From: a virus
Lineage: Duplodnaviria > Caudoviricetes
Virus record (IMG/VR): IMGVR_UViG_3300037422_000298
Strand: one strand, 5' to 3'
DNA: 64,000 bases
Of this stretch, positions 28,123 through 36,155 are shown in pieces. Under the pieces are notes generated by a model. That model was not told the origin of the DNA. It worked only from the letters and a program-made list of their open reading frames with translations, and made no database searches. The first letter of the stretch is position 1, and each line of letters begins with the position of its first letter. The position numbers and the translations under genes were made by a program.

Positions 28123-28500
28123 ATGGCCGCCACGCTGACGTTGATTTCTGCGACACCCTACGCGCTCAAGTACAAGTACGCCTACGACGGCATCGGCGCG
28201 CAGGGTATCGTTCGTACGCAGGCGCAGATCCTCGCCGATTTCGCGGGCGTCAAGGGCCCGAGTCCGCTCAAGGCGCTGCTTGCGGCAGCAACAGCCAATG
28301 CCGTGTGGCAGGCCCTTGACGAGGGTCCGAACCTGTCGATCTACACCAACGTTACGTTCACGGCGGCAGCGTCACAGGCCGTGCAATCGGACCTCGAAGT
28401 TGTCGTCCCGGACGGCAACGTTCTGAGCGCCAGTACGGCCGCCGGTTCGGCGCATCAGGCTGTGATCGAGCTGCGCTACCACCACACGATCGAGCGCTAA
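28123..28500 (+). CDS. Putative virion protein, HTIE family paralog 2
   Basis: MAATLTLISATPYALKY...IELRYHHTIER; same RBS text (gccaaggagaaagacc) as paralog 1. Confidence 0.8.
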   Translation: MAATLTLISATPYALKYKYAYDGIGAQGIVRTQAQILADFAGVKGPSPLKALLAAATANAVWQALDEGPNLSIYTNVTFTAAASQAVQSDLEVVVPDGNVLSASTAAGSAHQAVIELRYHHTIER

Positions 28501-28538
28501 CGCTTGCGACGTCGGTCTTGACTCGATACGGTCGGGCC

Positions 28539-29048
28539 ATGGAAGACCCGACCGTCAACGTCAAGTACTCCGAGTATCAGAAGCTGCGCGAAGATCTGAA
28601 GCAGCTGCAGGCGCGCGTCTACGAACTCGAAGCGCAAGTCACGTCAGGACAACTCGCCGATCCGACGGGTACGACGAAACTCCTGCATGACGGCTTCCAT
28701 GCAGCGATCAAGGTCGTACAGTTTGCCGTCGGCAACCTTGCACCGGAAACGGTCGCGGGATGGCCACACGAGGCGCTCGTCGAGATCGCCGATGCGATCG
28801 ACAAGATCCCCGGTATGGATCAGCACGTGAAGGAACTGCCGCCAGAGCTGCGGCACTTCGCGAAACTCACGGCCGGTTACGAGACGTACCGCAAGGAACG
28901 CGACAAGAGCCGCGTCGTCACCGTCGCGACGGCTGAAGATTTCGGCCCGAAAACGGCTGAAGCTGCAGCGGTGCACGCAAGTCACACGAGATCGAGCGCG
29001 GAAAAGCCACCGGAACCAACGACCTCGGACGAAGCATCGCAACGTTGA
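28539..29048 (+). CDS. Hypothetical coiled-coil protein
   Basis: TACGGT -10 is 6 nt before ATG 28539. Confidence 0.65.
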   Translation: MEDPTVNVKYSEYQKLREDLKQLQARVYELEAQVTSGQLADPTGTTKLLHDGFHAAIKVVQFAVGNLAPETVAGWPHEALVEIADAIDKIPGMDQHVKELPPELRHFAKLTAGYETYRKERDKSRVVTVATAEDFGPKTAEAAAVHASHTRSSAEKPPEPTTSDEASQR

Positions 29049-29180
29049 CAGTGTTCCAGGCTGATGATACCCGTAGACGTAAGCGAGCGCTCTAGCTCGG
29101 CGTTCGTGGCTCTCTGCTCGAACCAAAGTCCCCGTCGGTGCGGTCCCCTAGCCGAGCCGACGGGGCCACACAAAATCCCA

Positions 29181-29252
29181 ATGCACCAGATCCTGCTCTC
29201 CGTTCGACTTCGTCAGCTACGTCAGTTAGCTGGCTCGACGTCGTTGCGTTGA
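29181..29252 (+). CDS. Putative Leu-codon leader peptide MHQILLSVRLRQLRQLAGSTSLR
   Basis: Uses CTG, CTC, CTT, CTA, TTA, TTG once each; stop is 10 nt before tRNA-Leu. Confidence 0.65.
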   Translation: MHQILLSVRLRQLRQLAGSTSLR

Positions 29253-29262
29253 TCGAGCTGGA

Positions 29263-29337
29263 GCTGGCGTAGCTCAACTGGAAGAAGCCGCGAGCTTAAA
29301 CCTCGCGCAAGTGCGGGTTCGAATCCCGTCGCCAGTA
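29263..29337 (+). tRNA. tRNA-Leu (TAA)
   Basis: GCTGGCG/CGCCAGT acceptor, GCGAG-CTTAAAC-CTCGC, TTCGAAT; short variable loop. Confidence 0.85.
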
Positions 29338-29342
29338 CGAAC

Positions 29343-29417
29343 GTCGCGGTAGCCCAACTTGGTAGCGGCAATGCGTTGAGCGCGCATCCAGTGAGGGTTC
29401 GAATCCCTCTCGCGACA
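29343..29417 (+). tRNA. tRNA-Leu (GAG)
   Basis: GTCGCGG/TCGCGAC, ATGCG-TTGAGCG-CGCAT, TTCGAAT. Confidence 0.85.
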
Positions 29418-29426
29418 CGATCACAA

Positions 29427-29500
29427 GCCGACGTAGCCCAACTGGTAGCGGCAACGTGTTCAGCGCACGTTCAGTGCGGGTTCGAATCCCGCCGTCGGTA
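29427..29500 (+). tRNA. tRNA-Leu (CAG)
   Basis: GCCGACG/CGTCGGT, ACGTG-TTCAGCG-CACGT, TTCGAAT. Confidence 0.85.
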
Positions 29501-29524
29501 CGAGTGACGATCCTTCCAACGACA

Positions 29525-30199
29525 TTAGTGATGCCTGAGCGTGACGTCGACGGAGCTGATCGCTTCGGGCAAGAGTGCGACTGAATGTGTAAGAAACGGC
29601 AGCTGCTCCAAGAGCTTGAAGATCGTTTCTCTCGCGCGTTCGACAAGATCATCAAACTTGCAGTCGACGCAGTCGGTCGCGGTTCGTTTCAGCGCGCCGT
29701 CCAAGAGCGTCGCGTGATGATCCACCAACGGCAACCAAAGAGCTTCGTCGATGTCAGCGATTGCTGCAAGCGATTTCGCGACCGCGGCCGAGTCGCGGAG
29801 CATTCGTACGCAGTGCATTTCGTACTTCATCGCGCGCAACGCCGACACGTACGTCTCAAGCAGCAAGCAGAATCGGGGATCCTTGATCGTGATCAATGTG
29901 TCTTCGCCAAAGACCTGCGATATGCGTTCGCGAATGACCTCCACACGGGTCGGTGTTACAGGTATCGGCTGTACTCTTTTGGGATCGAAAGGAAGCCCGT
30001 ACCAAGGTACGCCGACCTCGAACAGGATTTGCTTGTTCAATTCTGTGAGCTGCGTGTTCTCGAAGTATCCCTTGGCGTTGAAAGCGTCTCCGAACTTGAG
30101 ATCCTTACCAAGACTCGCACCCAAGATCTGAAGCACGCCCGTCATCGCGCTCGTGCCACTACGCCCTGTACCTACGACAAGGATCGCCCGTTTGACCAT
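29525..30199 (-). CDS. Sulfotransferase family protein
   Basis: PAPS-binding loop ILVVGTGRSGTS, FNAKGYFE, IKDPRFC. Confidence 0.8.
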   Translation of the reverse strand: MVKRAILVVGTGRSGTSAMTGVLQILGASLGKDLKFGDAFNAKGYFENTQLTELNKQILFEVGVPWYGLPFDPKRVQPIPVTPTRVEVIRERISQVFGEDTLITIKDPRFCLLLETYVSALRAMKYEMHCVRMLRDSAAVAKSLAAIADIDEALWLPLVDHHATLLDGALKRTATDCVDCKFDDLVERARETIFKLLEQLPFLTHSVALLPEAISSVDVTLRHH

Positions 30200-30214
30200 A
30201 TGCGCTCGAAACAT

Positions 30215-30288
30215 GCCAGTGTATCCCAACAAGCAGAGGAGCCCGATTTAGGATCGGGTCGTTGCAGGTGCAAGTCCTGTCGCTGGCA
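30215..30288 (+). tRNA. tRNA-Leu (TAG)
   Basis: GCCAGTG/CGCTGGC, CCCGA-TTTAGGA-TCGGG, atypical TGCAAGT T loop. Confidence 0.8.
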
Positions 30289-30292
30289 CGAC

Positions 30293-30366
30293 GCCACCGT
30301 AGCCCAACCTGGCAGAGGCCCGGTCTCAAACACCGGACAGCGTCGGTTCGACTCCGACCGGTGGTA
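30293..30366 (+). tRNA. tRNA-Leu (CAA)
   Basis: GCCACCG/CGGTGGT, CCGGT-CTCAAAC-ACCGG, TTCGACT. Confidence 0.85.
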
Positions 30367-30377
30367 CTCTTTTCGAT

Positions 30378-30620
30378 ATGGCCAAGCGTTGCGCCTCGGG
30401 TGACTTCAAGGACCATCCGATCATTCGTCAGATTGTCGATCGTGTTCATGTAGGTACGCCCGACGCCGAAGTGCTCGACTACGCGCGGTCACGCCTGGCG
30501 CGCGGTGCTTGGAACAAGATGTCTGCGAAGAATCAGAAGGCGTTCGAGTGCGAGGTGCTCAAGGTTCACGAACGCAACCGCACCACGTACCGTCAGGTGA
30601 TGCGCGGTGCACGACGCTGA
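30378..30620 (+). CDS. Small basic hypothetical protein
   Basis: 80-aa ORF after the tRNA-Leu array. Confidence 0.6.
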   Translation: MAKRCASGDFKDHPIIRQIVDRVHVGTPDAEVLDYARSRLARGAWNKMSAKNQKAFECEVLKVHERNRTTYRQVMRGARR

Positions 30621-30730
30621 CAAGCTACTCTCGACTTAGGCGGGGTTCGATTCCCCCGTGGGACACCGTCTACGTGCACATGCGCGACCCACCCGATCGC
30701 TCGCGCGATCGGATATGATCAGCGCCTGCG

Positions 30731-31435
30731 ATGGCGACGATCCTGAAGAACATCTTACGGTTCACAGGGCTCGTCGTTGGCGTACCCGTCGCGTTGCCGC
30801 ATCGGCTCAACGTCAACGACGTTCCCGTTCTTCCTCGGCTGGTGATCCCCAACGAGGGTGGTCATACCGTCACGGCCGACACGTTGAATGTGACGGTCAC
30901 CCGAACGGCACTAGGCACGGCCACCGTCGACGTTTACATCGAGTTTTGGCACACGATCGAGGCAGTTGTTCCGCTGGTTCCGCCGCCGGGTAAGCTAGTC
31001 GGTCTCGTTCCGTTCATCCTCGAACCGGGCGCAAGCATATTACCGGTGGACGCTGCCGCAGTCGTCGCGTTCGGCAACAACTCGGTTGCTGCCGCAGCCG
31101 ACACGCGATTCTTGGATCAGTGGCGTAGCACGACGACTGCAGGCACCGCCGAGACAACTCCGATCGTTGCGCCTCGCGCAGGGACCTTGCGAAATCTGTT
31201 CGTCCGACATCAAGCAGCCGTTGGAAACGGCAACTCGATTACCTATCGCGTTCGCATCAACGGCGTGAACACAACGATCACCGTAACGCTGGCAACAGGT
31301 GCGATTGCACAGACGTCGGACTTGGTCAACACGGCTGCCGTCGCGCAAGGTGATCGGATCACGCTCAGCGCGACGAAGGCGCTCGCTCTTGGAAACGGTG
31401 CAGTGATTCCATCTGCGACCCTGGAGTTCGTCTAA
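30731..31435 (+). CDS. Putative virion spike/adaptor: HTIE-family N-domain plus beta-sandwich
   Basis: N-domain homologous to 45822..46451 (LKN..F.GL.VGVPV.L.H.LNVN..WHTIE); palindrome 30694-30711 plus TATGAT. Confidence 0.75.
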   Translation: MATILKNILRFTGLVVGVPVALPHRLNVNDVPVLPRLVIPNEGGHTVTADTLNVTVTRTALGTATVDVYIEFWHTIEAVVPLVPPPGKLVGLVPFILEPGASILPVDAAAVVAFGNNSVAAAADTRFLDQWRSTTTAGTAETTPIVAPRAGTLRNLFVRHQAAVGNGNSITYRVRINGVNTTITVTLATGAIAQTSDLVNTAAVAQGDRITLSATKALALGNGAVIPSATLEFV

Positions 31436-32079
31436 TGGCGACTGTCACACGACGATACCGTTGGAATGCGGCGAACCTGTTCGCGATCCAAAACAACGGT
31501 GATCCTGGCAGCGTCCTCCCCGCGCTCGGCTACACCGCGCACGTCGACGTTACGTTCGACGACGCGATCTCGGATGCCGTCGTTGTAGATGTACAGATGC
31601 AACTGCTCGGCTTCGTGTTCGAAACCGTAGCGCCCGTCGGAACGCCGCTGTTCAACATCCTGACTGCGATGCGCATGGCCGGGTACTCTACGGATCCGGC
31701 TGCCGAGCCGAATCAGTTGATGCTCTACCCCAAGGACGACGCAGGCATCACACAGCTGTTTGCGCGCTCCGACGATGGTGTGATTCATCAGATCACGCCG
31801 TCACTACGAACGGCGCGCGGTGTTGTCCAAGGCACCACCGGAAACATCATCAGCGGTGCCGGGTTTTCGGTCGTTCGCAACGGGACCGGCGATTATACGG
31901 TGACGTTCGTACCCGCGCTCGCAAGCATTCCAGGCTTGGGCACTACTATCGTCGAGAACACCAACGGGTGCATTCGAGCAGCAAACCTCGCCGCGACCGG
32001 CTTCGATCTGTTTACGTTCGATGCCGCGGGCACGACAGCAGCCGATCTAGACTGGTCGTTCGTCGCCGTTCAGAGCTAG
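31435..32079 (+). CDS. Putative fibre/receptor-binding protein
   Basis: C-terminal ARGVV..GFSVVRNGTGDYTVTF..WSFVAV beta domain typical of fibre tips; TAATG-coupled. Confidence 0.6.
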   Translation: MATVTRRYRWNAANLFAIQNNGDPGSVLPALGYTAHVDVTFDDAISDAVVVDVQMQLLGFVFETVAPVGTPLFNILTAMRMAGYSTDPAAEPNQLMLYPKDDAGITQLFARSDDGVIHQITPSLRTARGVVQGTTGNIISGAGFSVVRNGTGDYTVTFVPALASIPGLGTTIVENTNGCIRAANLAATGFDLFTFDAAGTTAADLDWSFVAVQS

Positions 32080-32540
32080 CGCTGGTACGTGTGCTTGAAC
32101 GTCAGCTCGATGTAGCACGCGAGGTTCACGATGTTCGGCCCGGTGATGAGGATGGCAGGTCGACCTGCTGATGCCGGATCGACACTGGCGCCGTCGACGG
32201 CGAGTGCTGACCAGTACACACCGCCTGCTGCAACGGCGCTGTTCCGCGGTACGACCTTGATCTCACCGCGTGCTGTTGAAAGGCTCGCGATGCTCGTTAG
32301 CCCATCGCCACTGAAAACGCGTTGAGCTGCTGCGTCACTGGCGACGGGCGTATTCACGAGCTGTGCGATCGGCTGACCCTTGACGGCATCAGCGGCACGG
32401 GCGAGATCGGTGTTTTCCGTGCCGCCCGTCGGTTTGTTGGTGAGGGCTGTTTGCGCAAGACCGCCGCCCACGCCGTCGGAAACAGCGAGCCAACGAAGAC
32501 GGTGAGGCGTGCGTTCGACGAGTGTGAGTGCGATTGCCAT
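32076..32540 (-). CDS. Putative virion protein, HTIE family paralog 3
   Basis: MAIALTLVERTPHRLRW...YIELTFKHTYQR; ATG is 6 nt after TATCAT. Confidence 0.75.
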   Translation of the reverse strand: MAIALTLVERTPHRLRWLAVSDGVGGGLAQTALTNKPTGGTENTDLARAADAVKGQPIAQLVNTPVASDAAAQRVFSGDGLTSIASLSTARGEIKVVPRNSAVAAGGVYWSALAVDGASVDPASAGRPAILITGPNIVNLACYIELTFKHTYQR

Positions 32541-32546
32541 GCCAGG

Positions 32547-32581
32547 ATGATACCTGATCGCTCGCGCGATCGTGGTACCGT
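32547..32581. promoter_or_regulatory. Bidirectional palindrome promoter
   Basis: One gatcgctcgcgcgatcg flanked by TATCAT (minus) and TGG-TACCGT (plus). Confidence 0.75.
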
Positions 32582-32586
32582 AGGGC

Positions 32587-32904
32587 GTGCTCGCGATCGA
32601 GAACATCTTCGGCCTCGGCCAGGACGCGACACCCGCGCCGACGCCGACAGTGACAGCCGACAACCGCCGCAACGTGACGCTGCCTGCGGTACCGGATAAC
32701 ACCATCGTTCGTTGCAAGTTCGATCCGGTGATCAACGGCATGCGTTGCGAGCCGGTTCAGCTGCTGGAGCCCCCGATCGTATTTATGCTCGCGGCGGGTG
32801 GCCTCGCGTCGCTGCTTCTTGGCTATGCGCTCGGTCGCGCGCAGTTCTTCTCGCGATTCGCCAAGCACGTCGCAGAAGATCCGTTACACGTTCGTCGGCG
32901 CTAG
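32587..32904 (+). CDS. Small C-terminally anchored membrane protein
   Basis: N-terminal FGLGQ, PTPT linker, TM helix, basic tail. Confidence 0.65.
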   Translation: MLAIENIFGLGQDATPAPTPTVTADNRRNVTLPAVPDNTIVRCKFDPVINGMRCEPVQLLEPPIVFMLAAGGLASLLLGYALGRAQFFSRFAKHVAEDPLHVRRR

Positions 32905-33567
32905 TTCTGACAGCTCGGGCAAAGGTCTTCAGGGCTGTCGCTCGATGATCGCCGCCAACGTTTCTCAACACCGAGCGCGTCGAGCTTTGCGATTGCGTCT
33001 TCGCGGTTTTGGCCGCGCGTCGTGATCGCGACGCCACAACGATCGCAGATGAGGTCGGCTTCGGAGTAGCGATCGCCGAGCTTCGAGAGGTCCGGCGGCG
33101 TGTCCATGTGATCGAGGCAGAAAAACGGACCATCGGGAAGTCGTGGGTCGTCCTTCGCGACGAAGAGATGTGTTGGGCAGTTCGCGCACGACACGGTCAC
33201 ATGCGGGACGCTCGGATCGTCTGGGTCGGCGCCTTCAAGCGGCCAAAGCAGCTTCTTCAAGCGCTCACCGGAGTCGACCACAACGACTGTTTGAAGCCGA
33301 CGCTCTTGGGCTGTGTTCGCACGAGCGCGATCGGCGGACGCTTCTGCTTGGCGTCGTCGGCGGTCTCCCAAACAGCAAGAACGATCGCACCGATGTCGTC
33401 ACCATCTTTTTGGGTGTACGGCATGCACGCGGCGACCGGCCAACGACGAAATACGGAGCGCGCGATCTGCTTCTCGCGCTCAGCGCTGTCGATCAGATCG
33501 GCCTGCGTGACGTCTTCAGGCTTCAAGAGGTAGAGGCGATACGTCGACACGCGCCCGAACCTAACGC

Positions 33568-33596
33568 TTGACGCTTCCACCGTCGACCGCTACAGT
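33568..33596 (+). promoter_or_regulatory. Sigma70 promoter of the tRNA-Ser unit
   Basis: TTGACG(33568-33573)-17 nt-TACAGT(33591-33596). Confidence 0.75.
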
Positions 33597-33603
33597 CGTC
33601 GTC

Positions 33604-33651
33604 GTGAAGTTCTCGCGCCGGTCATCTCGCTCGTCTAGTAGCAGTCGCTAA
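33604..33651 (+). CDS. Putative Ser-codon leader peptide (V/M)KFSRRSSRSSSSSR
   Basis: GTG is 7 nt after the -10; 8 Ser codons of 5 types; stop is 10 nt before tRNA-Ser. Confidence 0.65.
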   Translation: MKFSRRSSRSSSSSR

Positions 33652-33661
33652 AGCGACTCCT

Positions 33662-33747
33662 GGAAGGTGAGGTCCGCATGGCGTGGACGCCCGTCTCGAA
33701 AACGGGAAGCCCTTAACTGTGGCCGGGTTCGATTCCCAAACCTTCCG
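33662..33747 (+). tRNA. tRNA-Ser (CGA)
   Basis: GGAAGGT/ACCTTCC-G, CCCGT-CTCGAAA-ACGGG, long variable arm, TTCGATT. Confidence 0.85.
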
Positions 33748-33752
33748 CTGCT

Positions 33753-33837
33753 GGAAAGAAAGCTCAGGCGGGTGCAGAGGCCCGGTTGCTAACCGGGTAG
33801 GCGCGTCAGCGTCCGGGTTCGAGTCCCATTCTTTCCG
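33753..33837 (+). tRNA. tRNA-Ser (GCT)
   Basis: GGAAAGA/TCTTTCC-G, CCCGG-TTGCTAA-CCGGG, long variable arm, TTCGAGT. Confidence 0.85.
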
Positions 33838-33889
33838 CGAAAAAAGTTGCGATCGCTGTTGACGGCTGCGATCCGTTCGGGCATCGTGC

Positions 33890-34147
33890 GTCCACCTTGA
33901 ACCCCGGATGTGTCGTCGCGAGACGCCACAGCGTTCACTCCGAGTCGACCGGGCACCGACGTAGGACGTCACGACCTGACGTGGAAGACTCTAGCTGGGT
34001 GGGGACTAAGGTCGAACCAGCGACAGCGACGGAGAGACGACGCGGACAGTTCGGAAAGACGAGCGAGACGGTCTGGAGAGACAGGCAGGACGGCCCGGAG
34101 AGACGGGCAAAAGGAGGGCTCGACGCAAGTCGGGCTCTTCGTTTTTT
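33890..34147 (+). ncRNA. Putative sRNA with four GARAGA-loop hairpins at a 22-nt period
   Basis: TTGACG(33859)-17-CATCGT promoter-like; loops start at 34032, 34054, 34076, 34098; ends in a terminator. Confidence 0.6.
34113..34147 (+). terminator. Rho-independent terminator
   Basis: GGAGGGCTCGAC-GCAA-GTCGGGCTCTTC followed by GTTTTTT. Confidence 0.8.
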
Positions 34148-35049
34148 CGGCTACCGCACAAGCGGCAGCGATCGTCGTCGCAGTGACGCCGCCCAACGCT
34201 TCGCCGCAGCAAGCCCGGCGCGATACGAACAGGTGTCGCAGAACGCGACCCATACCCACTCCACGGCATCCTCTGGATCAAGTAACGCTGTTCCACAACC
34301 GCAACAGACGTTGAGCGTGTACTTCACGCGCAGGTCATTGGCGAACGCGTAGTGCTCGGCAGCACCGGCCGCGCTGATCGCATCGAGCACGTCGCCGAGC
34401 TTCACACCATCAGGAAACACGTGCTCGCGATTCATCGTCGAACGATCGACCAGTCGAGCACTGTGGAGCGGGTGTCACCGATAGCGTGCGCGATCGAACG
34501 GACGACCGCCTTGCGCAGCTCTTTTCCAGCCCGTTCAACGATCCACGACCACTTCGCACCGAGTACCTGTGTGTTGTCTTCAGCTAGCCCACGCCACTCT
34601 TTGAGCGTCATCGTCGATGCAATCGCGGCGATCGCATCTTGACCGCTTGGTTGATCGAGGTCGCGTAGTCGAACTCGGAGCGTCTTCAAACGCAGCGCGA
34701 GGCCGCGCAACCACAACAGGCGCGTTCCGACCATCGGCAGTTGCATGTCGCGTACGACGTTCGCGAGCATCGTCGCGACGTGTGTCGAAGCGATACGTTC
34801 CGAACGACGCGTAGGTGGTTGACGTCTCGACATCACTTCACTCGCAAGATCAGAAACTGTTCGGACCAGTTCGTGTCGGGCTCGACGAGATCGCACGCGT
34901 AGAGCGCGCTGATCGCGTCGTCGACCGTGTCGAACCATTGCGCCTGTTCGACGTCCGGTGACCACGTTCCACCGACGCCCGTGTCCACCAACCAGTATCG
35001 ATTCTCGACGTCAGCCTCGACGTGTCGATAGACGGCGTACTTCGACGTG

Positions 35050-35736
35050 TCAACGTTCATGATCGTCGGGCTCGGGTTCTTCAGCAGGTCGATCGATCGC
35101 AGCGGAACCGCGGCGCAGCTGACGACGAACGGGCGCCGTCACGATCGATCCGCCGTCGTCGAACGGCATGGGAGCGCCGGTTGTCATCGGCAATGCAGAA
35201 GACGGAGCAACCGGCGTGCTCGCACTCGCGCGCTTCCACGCAGCCATCTCGACATCACTGAGGCCCTGTCCCTGTCGGAGCTTGTCGACGAACGGTGCGT
35301 CGACCACCTGTGCAGCCTGGGCACGTTCGGCGATCGCGTTGACGGCCGCACTCTGGTCACCTCCCGCGCGCGCGATGAAGAACGCGTCGTAGGCACGCGC
35401 AGCCTCCTCGGGCGTGTCGTACACGCCGATCCGTTCCTGGTGCCCTTCGCGTGAGACCACCGCCGCCCAGCGCTTGCCGTAAGGATGGACCCCCCGATAG
35501 CCACTCCGAGTCGCGTGTAATGATTTCGGCGTTTTATGTGTGCTGCTCACGAGCGGCAAAACCTGCTTCGCCGAGCGACGTGGAAAGGCATGAACGCTCT
35601 GCGCGTTTGCGTACAGCTCGATGATAAGCCCGCGAATATGTTCGGGCGTAGGCGTGAACCGTTTGTCGGCACCGTCTTGAAGCCATTTCAGGACCGGTGT
35701 CGGCAGGGAGATCGTGATCCGCTCGTTCTTACTCAT
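35050..35736 (-). CDS. RHH-like plus AP2/ERF-domain DNA-binding protein
   Basis: RITISLP..LKWL N-terminus; SGYRGV..KRWAA..IGVYDTPEEAARAYD (AP2 consensus). Confidence 0.8.
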   Translation of the reverse strand: MSKNERITISLPTPVLKWLQDGADKRFTPTPEHIRGLIIELYANAQSVHAFPRRSAKQVLPLVSSTHKTPKSLHATRSGYRGVHPYGKRWAAVVSREGHQERIGVYDTPEEAARAYDAFFIARAGGDQSAAVNAIAERAQAAQVVDAPFVDKLRQGQGLSDVEMAAWKRASASTPVAPSSALPMTTGAPMPFDDGGSIVTAPVRRQLRRGSAAIDRPAEEPEPDDHER

Positions 35737-35923
35737 GCAGAATTGCTAGCTTTCATGTTTCGTACATGAGTTATTCATGCGAGTCAACGAAAGTGCGGTT
35801 TTGCAGCTCTAGAGCTGCAAATCGACCACGACATAAAACGTTGATCTCCCGTCGCCGAGATCGCTCCAAACGAGCTTCATTGGTCAAACCAATTGATTTT
35901 TCGTCTAAGCCCTTGAAATATGA

Positions 35924-36053
35924 CAGTTGCTGTGGTTGCATTGAGTAGTCTCTACTTTCTGATCTAGAGGAAAAAAATAAATGAAATAAATGGAGTTGAT
36001 ATAAATAGGAGATCAGGGGATTAGACCCCTTCCCAACGCAACCACAGCAACTG
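35924..36053. repeat. Perfect 16-bp inverted repeat around an AT-rich core (candidate replication origin)
   Basis: CAGTTGCTGTGGTTGC (35924-35939) / GCAACCACAGCAACTG (36038-36053). Confidence 0.65.
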
Positions 36054-36155
36054 GTTTGGTTAGGTCAACGACACTCTGCATACGCAGTCACGCGAATTGA
36101 TTACGATCACGCGCGACTGTTCGTACCGGGCCCGAGCTGCTGTAACTTGCGTCAG

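Noticed and set aside
29263-30288. TAA and TAG anticodon tRNAs as stop-codon suppressors or a sign of recoding
   Set aside because: Anticodons TAA and TAG read TTA and CTA (Leu); suppressors would be TTA/CTA. ORFs end normally at TAG, TAA and TGA
34026-34108. 22-nt periodic hairpins as a mini-CRISPR array
   Set aside because: The period is too short and only the loop is conserved; there is no repeat-spacer structure
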